DNA of 63,997 nucleotides, counting the filler, from Stramenopiles sp. TOSAG23-3 (lineage: Eukaryota): NCBI GenBank assembly GCA_900128585.1. It is 14 parts of 14 records of this genome, joined end to end, with 100 filler letters (N's around TTAATTAATTAA, not from the genome) between each part and the next. Parts side by side here need not be neighbours in the genome. Positions count along the whole stretch, not along the records: positions 55,265 to 59,763 come from LT643812.1; positions 59,864 to 63,997 come from LT643938.1; 12 more parts are not named here. One strand, given 5' to 3'. A program made the position numbers and the translations under genes. Below, piece after piece: positions 55,514 through 63,997 of this stretch (position 1 is its first letter; each line of letters opens with the position of its first letter). The notes below the pieces were generated by a model that was not told the origin of the DNA, searched no databases, and was given only the letters and a program-made list of their open reading frames with translations.

Positions 55514-57883
55514 ATGTATGAAGCGAATGGGGAAGAATTGGTGGGATGGGTGGGGGGTGGATTTGTCAATAATAATCCTCCGGTAGACGTTGATTTTTTT
55601 GATTTTGATTTTAAAGACGCGGCTGGCACGGATGGTGTGAACTTCCCCGCCCCTTCCTCCCCGTCTCCCGTCCCCGTCTCCTCGGACAAAGCAGATAGGT
55701 TTATTGGGGTACCTTCGTTGCCAAACTGTTTCGTCGAGGAATTGCATGACAAAATTACTAATGTTGCGATTTCACAACTTCTGGGCAAAGATCGCCAATT
55801 CATTGGTTTGGTGGGGATGATAGGAGTTGGCAAAACTGCCGTGCTATCGCGCATAGCCAGGAACGAAACCATACTCAAAAACTTTTCTGGTGGAATTTAT
55901 TGGATGCGTGCTGGCTTTGATACATTAGATTCCTACCAGCGCGTGGTCGGGATAGGCAACATTTTGAAACAAGATATCAGCAACGAAATGAAAGACCCCA
56001 GGCGGGCCATGGAATCGCTGTTAACCTTGACGGGGAACAATGCCCTTGTGATTGTTGATGACGTATATTCCGCAGAGCAGGTACGTGCGATTGAAGTCGA
56101 AGTGGAACGGTTTCCCGGGACCAAATTGGTCTTTGGGACATGTTGCCCTGGGATCGTGAAAGAATTGGGAGCCTGCTCGCTTACTATTCCCCTGCCATCT
56201 ATGCAACATTCTGTCCAATTAATGTCTCGGCTCACAAAATCCACTCCAAACAAAGAGGAATCTGAACATATGAAGGCCCTGGTCACCTGCTTAGGCAACC
56301 TACCTCTGGCAATAGTGATCGCGTCACGAAGCTTTACTAGATTAATTGGCTACCAAGAAATATTGAGTGAATTCAAAAACCGGAGTTTGTTCGGTGTGGG
56401 AGCAAAATTAGAATATTTTTCGCGCGGGGTACAGAAAAAAATAAAACTGATCGATGCACCCTCTCGCATGTGCCTCTTTCTTTTGTCGGTGATTCCTCAC
56501 AGTCATAATCGTGCACTGGTGAATTCGAGGAAAGCTCTCGTGGATGAACATGGCAGTGTTATGGCTCTGATTACTTTTCAGCCGCCTTTTTTTGTTGTTC
56601 CATTGCCTTTGCTGGAGCGCATTTGGAATGTCGATCAAACAGAAATGAAACTTTCTGCTCAAGGGTTGATTGACGCTGGATTTTTGCTCTTAGGCGATGG
56701 CAATGAAGCCGTAACGTCCGTTCGAGTGCATTCTTTACTATTACGATATTTGGATGTTGCAGCGGGGGGGCATGAAGAAATTTACGACCGATTAGCGCCG
56801 TCTATTAACTCGCATGTACAAATTTCAACAAACAGTGTGGAAGAACCGCAAATGCTATTTAGCATGTGTGACTTGTATTTTAACGCACCGAAAGAACATC
56901 TAGTCCAACTGTACAATGTAATAATGCAATCTGCGGCTTCTCCAAATTTTTTAGTGGAATTCAAAGCTCGCAAGAAAGATTTGCCAGACCTGATGCTGTC
57001 TGCAACCAGGTCGCTTCAGCCTGCGGCAGCGCATGTTACTGGCGTTGCCAATGCCATTCGGGAAATGAAAGCAAAAGTTGCACTGAAGCATTTGATGGCA
57101 CGCGAAGCAAAACAAACAGACGCTCCGAAATGGCTGTTTCACACAGAACTGTTGGCTGCGATGGAAAAAACTGTAGATGATTACTACAACGCAATACTCC
57201 ATGCCACGATTGATTGCAACGAGTTTAAGAAAAAGGACCTCAACGAACGAGTATACAATACTGAGAAGGCGTTCACTTATCTCACTGACCTTGTCAACTT
57301 TGGGTGGCAAGCTACTGCGTACAGCATGGCTCCGGTGCAGGTGCTGGTGCGCGTTGATGAAATGTTAGGGTATGTCCGCTCACGAAAGTATGATCATAAC
57401 GGTAGGTTGGTACTTGGATTTATGCCTGTCGACCCCGAGGTCCGAACTGGATCGAACTGTAAAACAGAAGACATGATGCAGTGGTGGTGGATGTTGCAAC
57501 ATGCATACCTATTTGACCAAAACTGCAGGGAAAATGGGATGTGCTTTCTTAGTAGCGTTAGCGCAATGAAACAGACGCTTCAACACCCTCTCGTTTTATC
57601 CAACCCGATGGAAATCCGTATTGTAATGGATCGTTTGCAAGGGATGCTGTTTCTGCGGGAACAGTCTGCTTCTAAATTCTACTTGTGCGCAGAGGGATCA
57701 CCGGATGGCATATTTTATGAATCCGTCAGTATTCTATTTGATCGTCTGTTTAACGATATAAACTTTTGTTTCATCCGCAATGAATCGGTCTTTCAAAACA
57801 TGTGTCAAACCTATTTTTCGGAAGATGATGTTGCTCGCGATGAGTTTTGGAGAAGTGCTTACGTAAACTTGAAAAAGACATGA
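55514..57883 (+). CDS. NB-ARC (APAF-1/NLR-type STAND NTPase) protein
   Basis: Walker A GMIGVGKT, F.GGIYW, Walker B LVIVDDV, GNLPLAI, LERIW, MHD-equivalent VHSLL. Confidence 0.85.
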   Translation: MYEANGEELVGWVGGGFVNNNPPVDVDFFDFDFKDAAGTDGVNFPAPSSPSPVPVSSDKADRFIGVPSLPNCFVEELHDKITNVAISQLLGKDRQFIGLVGMIGVGKTAVLSRIARNETILKNFSGGIYWMRAGFDTLDSYQRVVGIGNILKQDISNEMKDPRRAMESLLTLTGNNALVIVDDVYSAEQVRAIEVEVERFPGTKLVFGTCCPGIVKELGACSLTIPLPSMQHSVQLMSRLTKSTPNKEESEHMKALVTCLGNLPLAIVIASRSFTRLIGYQEILSEFKNRSLFGVGAKLEYFSRGVQKKIKLIDAPSRMCLFLLSVIPHSHNRALVNSRKALVDEHGSVMALITFQPPFFVVPLPLLERIWNVDQTEMKLSAQGLIDAGFLLLGDGNEAVTSVRVHSLLLRYLDVAAGGHEEIYDRLAPSINSHVQISTNSVEEPQMLFSMCDLYFNAPKEHLVQLYNVIMQSAASPNFLVEFKARKKDLPDLMLSATRSLQPAAAHVTGVANAIREMKAKVALKHLMAREAKQTDAPKWLFHTELLAAMEKTVDDYYNAILHATIDCNEFKKKDLNERVYNTEKAFTYLTDLVNFGWQATAYSMAPVQVLVRVDEMLGYVRSRKYDHNGRLVLGFMPVDPEVRTGSNCKTEDMMQWWWMLQHAYLFDQNCRENGMCFLSSVSAMKQTLQHPLVLSNPMEIRIVMDRLQGMLFLREQSASKFYLCAEGSPDGIFYESVSILFDRLFNDINFCFIRNESVFQNMCQTYFSEDDVARDEFWRSAYVNLKKT

Positions 57884-57951
57884 CGCAAACTTACTGTGAT
57901 GATGAACCATTCAAACGTAAATATTGTGTAACTCTCTTGCTAAATACAATT

Positions 57952-59259
57952 TTACAAAACTTTATCTCGGCTATATCGGTTTTTATCTCTCCAAGCTTGT
58001 TGAAACTCGGAATCAAGCTGAAACTGCTCCAAGGATTTCGCTGCCTCGTCGTTCTTATCGCTGGTATTGGCATGCAGAGGTTTCTGCGGCAATGTCGTGC
58101 ACGAAGAAAACCCAACTTTCTCCATGTATTCCCGCACGGAAACAGAGCCTTCTTTTAACTCCTCATGAAGTATTTTCAAACGGTTGTCGCCATTTGGGTA
58201 TACAATCACCATTGCATTTCTTGGACATCGAAGCTGCCTCCGGATTTTAGGAACAAAATAGAAGTCTCCCAAACGCTCATGTTCTTTCGCGAGAAGATTG
58301 ATAATCCTTGGCCACAACCTGTGCGTCGAGTCCATGAAGATTGAGGAAAGCGCGCAATTTTTTCTTCCCTTCAGCCCTTGCACAAATAAGTCTGTGACAA
58401 ACTTAAAGTGATTCTCTTGAAGCGCCAGCTCGTTTTCCACTAAAACAAAGCTAAACACGAACATGTCAGACAGCGCAGAAATATCCCGCACTTCCCTATT
58501 CAAAAATTTCAGGTCGCTTGCTGCCTTCACATCCTCCGCTGCGACAGGCTGGCGGACATCGCATGTGGAAAACTTGATTTCAATCGATGGCAAATCGCAA
58601 AATTCTCCAAGAAGTTCGCGAAATTCGTTCAAACTTTTTGCAACCACATCTACTTGCTCTTTCCACGCTGGTTCGTAATCTAAAATGTGCCAGACGACGC
58701 GCTTGTCGCGAAGCCCTACATCGTACAAACAGTAGGCAAAGAACCCCACAGCGGAGAAGCCTGGCCCACCACCGTAGCTAGAAACTACTATAGGTTTCCC
58801 CGCCTGGTCGGCATCGTGACGATGAAGCAGATTTAAAATTGCAGGGGTTCCCTTTTCGACCGTGGCCATCATGTTTGCCATGTACGCACTCCGCTTGTCG
58901 AAAAAATTGAGCAAGTAGGCGAACCTTTCTTCTGACGTCGAAAACGATACGCACTGTCCCAGCTTCGTCGAGTCACAGAGTCTCCCATACAAGTCCTGCC
59001 ACACGTCGCCAGCGTCTTCAGACGGCGAACCAGATCTTTCCGTGTCTAACTTTAAGTTTTTAACCACGATGGCCCTAATACAAATGAGATAATGCTCAAA
59101 AAATTGACGCCACTTATCTTTAGATTTTTTAATCTTGTTTTTTCCCCCGAACTGAAGCTGCCACCAGGGCTCGTCACTAGCGACATGCCGAAGCAGTTTC
59201 AAGCACGCTGCCAAACTATCTTCCATCGTATCCTCCTCTTTCAAAGTAAAGGAAGACAT
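57952..59259 (-). CDS. Class I SAM-dependent methyltransferase-like protein
   Basis: VSSYGGGPG (motif I), ILDYE (motif II), TCDV, DMFVFSFVLVEN, IFMD. Confidence 0.65.
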   Translation of the reverse strand: MSSFTLKEEDTMEDSLAACLKLLRHVASDEPWWQLQFGGKNKIKKSKDKWRQFFEHYLICIRAIVVKNLKLDTERSGSPSEDAGDVWQDLYGRLCDSTKLGQCVSFSTSEERFAYLLNFFDKRSAYMANMMATVEKGTPAILNLLHRHDADQAGKPIVVSSYGGGPGFSAVGFFAYCLYDVGLRDKRVVWHILDYEPAWKEQVDVVAKSLNEFRELLGEFCDLPSIEIKFSTCDVRQPVAAEDVKAASDLKFLNREVRDISALSDMFVFSFVLVENELALQENHFKFVTDLFVQGLKGRKNCALSSIFMDSTHRLWPRIINLLAKEHERLGDFYFVPKIRRQLRCPRNAMVIVYPNGDNRLKILHEELKEGSVSVREYMEKVGFSSCTTLPQKPLHANTSDKNDEAAKSLEQFQLDSEFQQAWRDKNRYSRDKVL

Positions 59260-60039
59260 AAGGAAGGTGGGTACCAGTTCATGAATTTCTATTTTTTTGT
59301 GGGTATATACATATGCCTGGGTGTGTGTTTATTAAACTGCCTGTAAACGTCCTATTTTTTTCTTCTTCAATTTAATGGGGTCGGTGGGTGGTTGTTTTTC
59401 TTCTTCTACCTCCTTGGTTCTTCTTCTTCTACTTTTTTTTTCCCTCTTCTTCTTCCTTTTTTTCGTTCTTCTTCTTCTCGCGCATTTTTTTTTTAAAGCA
59501 TGTATTATTTGTACTGTGTTGATAGAGTATAAATGTACTGAAAATTCAGTTATTTTAGATTTTGCGTTGCTGTGTAATGTAATAAAAACACAAGAATAAG
59601 CCCAAAAAATCATTTTGCAACATACTTGTAACGACCGAAATAGTATTCTAAGAACATTTAATTATTAGTCTAGTTTCCGAACATTTTTCCCCCTTCGTGT
59701 TCACGTACGACTACTAATAAATCACTAAAAGGAGCAACTTCTGGTGTGATTGATTAAAATAATNNNNNNNNNNNNNNNNNNNNNNNNNNNNNNNNNNNNN
59801 NNNNNNNTTAATTAATTAANNNNNNNNNNNNNNNNNNNNNNNNNNNNNNNNNNNNNNNNNNNNCGTTTTATTTTCCAAAACCTGATGGACGCGCAGTCTT
59901 CTATTGTTTCCTAAAATACATAAACACAGCATAGAATACCCAGTCTGCGTAACAATCGTTTCTTTCAAAATGCCACCCGTTCCGTTATAACGGTACAAAA
60001 CGTCACGAACTACCCGTTTACACAAACAGATATACAAGA

Positions 60040-61260
60040 ATGCGCCCTGTTTTGCACCTTCTACTGTTGCTCTCGGCAACCAGCTTGTTGAAAACCGGCT
60101 CGGCCGCCGATGCGACCCTAATGTACGAGTGGACGAACGTGGAGTACGACTGGCCAAGCGAGGCCACTAAGTTCAACTACACCAACTCTGGATGGTACAT
60201 TCCCGACAACAATGCTCTGGCAGGAGTTAAGTATTGGAAAGGGGAGGCCTATGTCACCGTCCCGCGATGGCGCCCAGGGGTTCCCGTCACCCTGGCGAAA
60301 GTCGTCGGGACGCCCGAGAAGCCACTCCTTCAAGCCTGGCCGTCGTGGGAGGCGCAAAGTTACCCACTTGGCAACGCGTCCAAATTGCAGTTCATCCAAT
60401 CGATGGAAATCGACTCTCGCGGGTGGATGTGGATTCTCGACGTCGGGCGGTTGAATCTTTTGAGCGACCCGGCTACGCAGACGGCCGGCGTACCGAAATT
60501 GTGGATCTGGGACATTGACACGAATTGTCTTGTGAAAGAGTTCGTATTTCCAGACGATGTCATGCCCTACCATTCCTCTTGGGCAAATGACATCGTCGTC
60601 GATGAAACACGGGGGTTTGCGTACATATCGGATACATGGGCAGAAGGTGGCATTGTCGTCTACGATTTTAACAACAACCGCGCGCGCCGGTTTGATGACA
60701 AGTCCCTTCAACCAGATCCAGGTATGAAAGTGTCCATCAATGGCCGAACGTACAACTTTCCTTTGCCATCGGACGGGATCGCGTTGTCCCACGACGGGGA
60801 GACGGTGTACTACTGCGAAATATCTCGCCAAATACTATGGTCCGTTCCCACGAACGCGTTAAGAAACTGGACCATGAGTAGTGCTGAAATTTCCCCGTTT
60901 GTCAAGAACCATGGGACGAAAGGGTTCTCCGACGGAATGACTTCCGATGATCAAGGAAATTTGTATTTTGGCAACCAAGCAACGAGCTCCGTAATGGTCT
61001 GGAAAATGGGAACACCGATTGAATCTGCAAAAGTGCTGGTCGGAAACGTTACGACTATGCAATGGCCAGACACGTTCGCGTGGGACAGTGCCAGTGGAAG
61101 TTTGATATTTGTCAGCAACAAACTTCAATTGTTCGCATTTGATGGAATGAAATTTGACGGAAGCGACGGGGCAAACTTTCGCTTGTGGAAGGTCAACGCG
61201 AACGCCCAATCCTACTTGAGCGGGTACCCTGTGCCGGCCGAGGCTCCATGCTTGGTTTGA
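60040..61260 (+). CDS. Secreted yellow/major royal jelly protein family beta-propeller
   Basis: Signal peptide; YVTVPRWRPGVPVTL, LQAWPSWE, MWILDVG, NDIVVD, FAYISD, DGIALS.DGETVYY, MQWPDTF. Confidence 0.92.
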   Translation: MRPVLHLLLLLSATSLLKTGSAADATLMYEWTNVEYDWPSEATKFNYTNSGWYIPDNNALAGVKYWKGEAYVTVPRWRPGVPVTLAKVVGTPEKPLLQAWPSWEAQSYPLGNASKLQFIQSMEIDSRGWMWILDVGRLNLLSDPATQTAGVPKLWIWDIDTNCLVKEFVFPDDVMPYHSSWANDIVVDETRGFAYISDTWAEGGIVVYDFNNNRARRFDDKSLQPDPGMKVSINGRTYNFPLPSDGIALSHDGETVYYCEISRQILWSVPTNALRNWTMSSAEISPFVKNHGTKGFSDGMTSDDQGNLYFGNQATSSVMVWKMGTPIESAKVLVGNVTTMQWPDTFAWDSASGSLIFVSNKLQLFAFDGMKFDGSDGANFRLWKVNANAQSYLSGYPVPAEAPCLV

Positions 61261-61368
61261 ACAAGAAATAGCACAAGATGAAACCGGAACGGTGACGAAA
61301 ACGGAAAGAAGAAGATTAAAAAAAACCAAATTGCATTATTAATAAAATTTGCTTAAAGTGATGAAATA

Positions 61369-63312
61369 TTACATAAACCCCAAGCTTGGGGAACCCTGCA
61401 CCTTGCTGACATTGTACAACTGGCTGACCGCGCCGCCCACGTCCTTCCCGCTATCCTCTACCGACCTGTCGTTGTTGCTGGACGCGGAGCCCTCGGACAC
61501 GGACGAAGACGACAGGGACGAGGACCTGCTGAACGACGAGCAGGACGACGAGTCGCTGAGCAAGGTGGCTTCCCCTTCTTTTCCAGAGAACGCGTCGTCC
61601 GAATGTCCGCCACCCTCGGGGTCTTCTTTCGTGCTGTCAAAGCTGGTTTCGACGCTGCTGCTCTGCTGGCGCGATTCAAGTTCCCTCTTCAGCAGCTCGT
61701 TCTCCTCCCTCAAGTGCTGCTCTATCTGGCTGTGCGTGCTGAGCATTTTCAACGCAATGTCAATGTCCTCGTTGGTCATCATGGACAGGTTCAGGCCGTT
61801 CGTAGACCCGTTGACTTGCACCCGCATGGAATCCGGGATTTTCCCCTTCTTGGTCGAACGGCGCTTCCGTGTCGACCGGCGGTGGCGCTCGCCTTTCTCT
61901 CCCCGGCTGGACCGACGGCTTCCGCGGCGGCGGCTGGGTTGCTCCTCGTCCTCTATAAAGTAGCTTCTGTGGGACAGCGAGTCTATCATGAGTTGGCATT
62001 TGGCTATTTTCGCGCGAAGCTCGGCCTGTTCCTGCTCCTTCGATTTCGGCCCGTCGGACCCTAGCGGGCTTGTCAGCAGCCGCACCCTGGAAAATTCACT
62101 ATCGTCCGCTGCGAAAGACGCCGCGGCGCCCGGGGCAATGCTCCCGGGAGGGGGGATGCCTTGCAAAAAACTGTTTTCGTCCCCGTACACCACCCTCCCT
62201 TTGTTTCCAACGGCGGATTTAGACGGGGACGGGACGATGGGGGTGGACGTTTGGGCCAAGATAGCGTTCGCTACGGACGCCAACTGCTCCCGCTGCATCA
62301 TTTCAAACACGCCCTTCTCCAGCGCTTCTGTCCGGCGCCTGGACTCTGCCAGCTGCTCCTCCGCGACCTCCATGGTGACTGGGACATTGTTCAGCATCAT
62401 CAACGGCTTGCCCGGGGACGCGTTCGCAGCGGCAAAAACGGACGCGCGAGCGTTGTCGCGGGGTTGAATCGGGGAAATGCCGGCTCCAACGGTCGCACGA
62501 GGCGGCGTGCTGTGGACGACGGACGAGTTCGTCGGCGGGAGAGGGGGTGTCGCGTTTCGGGCGGGCAACGGGGTCGCCGCAGCGTCCTGGCACTCGCCCG
62601 CTGCCGCTGCAGACTTCTTCAGGGAGTTTATCTCCGCCTCCTGGTCGTCCACTTGAATTTCCAACAAATTGATCTGTTTCACAAGCTCTTTGCTGTCTTC
62701 TAAATACTTGTCCAACGCGGCCTGGTGCCGATCCCTAACTTCGCGCTCGCGCTCGCCCACGGTTTCTGCATCCTTCGCGAGCCTGTCGCGCTCGAGGCAG
62801 ATGCGACGAAGGTCGGCACCGAGCTGGGTCTTTTCTGAACTCAACGTTAGCACCATGTTTTCCGATGTTTCTAGTTGGTGCGTTAGCAAAGGGATCTGCT
62901 TCAACTCTTCCGCCGCCTCCTCTGCGCGCTCCTCTGCCTTCTCGGTCCGTTCTCGGAGAGCCTCTTTTTCCTTGACAAGTTCGGCTACGTTCTGTGTTAA
63001 AGTGTCAAAGTCAGCTCTCATTTTGGCACTTTCCGCCTCCAACTCCGCGTTCCTAACAGCGAGCTCTTCCCGAGTCGACTTCTTGCTCCGGCCCCGCCCC
63101 CGCCCCCGTCGCTTCTGCGATTCGACCAAGATCTCAGACCCTTTCAGGCCGTCGCCCTCGTCCTCACTCCCTGCGTCTATCATGCGGTGCAACAAACGGC
63201 TCGCAGTCACTGCGCTGATCCGACCATGCTGTTTTCCGCTCGGGTTGAAAAATGCCATCGTGGTTGGTAGGAAAGACTTTGGGGTATTTTGTTTGACGGA
63301 CAATGTCGTCAT
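61369..63312 (-). CDS. Coiled-coil, low-complexity protein of unknown function
   Basis: 647-aa GC-rich ORF with a long heptad region. Confidence 0.75.
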   Translation of the reverse strand: MTTLSVKQNTPKSFLPTTMAFFNPSGKQHGRISAVTASRLLHRMIDAGSEDEGDGLKGSEILVESQKRRGRGRGRSKKSTREELAVRNAELEAESAKMRADFDTLTQNVAELVKEKEALRERTEKAEERAEEAAEELKQIPLLTHQLETSENMVLTLSSEKTQLGADLRRICLERDRLAKDAETVGEREREVRDRHQAALDKYLEDSKELVKQINLLEIQVDDQEAEINSLKKSAAAAGECQDAAATPLPARNATPPLPPTNSSVVHSTPPRATVGAGISPIQPRDNARASVFAAANASPGKPLMMLNNVPVTMEVAEEQLAESRRRTEALEKGVFEMMQREQLASVANAILAQTSTPIVPSPSKSAVGNKGRVVYGDENSFLQGIPPPGSIAPGAAASFAADDSEFSRVRLLTSPLGSDGPKSKEQEQAELRAKIAKCQLMIDSLSHRSYFIEDEEQPSRRRGSRRSSRGEKGERHRRSTRKRRSTKKGKIPDSMRVQVNGSTNGLNLSMMTNEDIDIALKMLSTHSQIEQHLREENELLKRELESRQQSSSVETSFDSTKEDPEGGGHSDDAFSGKEGEATLLSDSSSCSSFSRSSSLSSSSVSEGSASSNNDRSVEDSGKDVGGAVSQLYNVSKVQGSPSLGFM

Positions 63313-63997
63313 TTTTCGTTTGGTAATTTAAATTTCATTTAATCGTTTATTGATACAATAAAGATGTTTGAATAATTCAATTCTTCGATTTATTTAAAAA
63401 ATCAAATAATTTTAATAAATAAAATAAGTTAATAACAAACAAAAAGATTATAATAAATTGAAATTATCCTATGCTATTTATATGTTATTACAGACTAAAT
63501 CCTCCTTATTTGATGATCTTTTCTTTTTGCTGGCCTTCTCTCTCTCTCTCTCTCTCTCCTTTTTCACTCAGAGACTCAGACTGCTTCTTTCAATCTGGAA
63601 TCTGGAAAAAGAAAAGAAGAAAAGAAGAAAGAAAAAAATGAAGAAGAAACCAAGTTTTTAATTTCCATTATTTTCAATTTCTTCTTCTTCTTTCTTCTTC
63701 CAAAGTGTCAATCATCATCCTTGAGGAACCATTCCTATCTTCTATCTTCTTCTTCTATCTGATATTCTCATTCATTTCTTCTTTCATAAAAAATAATAAA
63801 TGGATTTCTTACTAAAATTTATTAATCATAATTAACAGACTTTATTTTATTATTACCAATGCTGTCTTTATATAAACTTCATCGATTCTATATACAGACT
63901 TCTACTTCCTGAAAGAAATGGGTATTCTATGCTGTGTTTATGTATTTTAGGAAACAATAGAAGACTGCGCGTCCATCAGGTTTTGGAAAATAAAACG

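Noticed and set aside
46634-59259. Apparent defence island (DUF350, helicase remnant, Tox-GHH, NB-ARC, methyltransferase)
   Set aside because: Spans three unlinked contigs that are adjacent only because of length sorting

Overview
Eukaryotic (protist) nuclear DNA, not one locus. Fourteen unrelated ~4.5-kb contigs, sorted by decreasing length (the 12 complete ones run 4509 to 4499 bp), are joined by an artificial 100-nt N44-TTAATTAATTAA-N44 linker. Genes are intron-poor and GC-richer than the AT-rich, microsatellite-rich spacers. Three contigs end in 79-80 bp inverted copies of internal or terminal sequence, typical of amplification (MDA) chimeras in single-cell assemblies. A stramenopile-like flagellate is a guess from gene content. 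Recognisable genes: GCP2, NDUFAF3, a cNMP-binding protein, MORN, triple HMG-box, SLBP, RRM2, WDR62/MAPKBP1-like, CPSF73, CNDP2, DHCR24 and yellow/MRJP. An intron-containing Sep15/SELENOF gene with in-frame UGA and a 3' SECIS is missed by the ORF track. Most unusual: (1) a eukaryotic-contig gene with an apparently intact N-terminal Tox-GHH (bacterial polymorphic-toxin HNH/EndoVII) nuclease domain, head-to-head with an orphan gene; (2) an NB-ARC STAND NTPase without a recognisable sensor; (3) a multi-repeat DUF350-like membrane protein; (4) a viral-type primase-helicase C-terminal remnant abutting a mirror-symmetric iteron-like array; (5) a candidate gustatory-receptor-like 7TM channel. All family calls are by motif recognition from memory; no database search was run.
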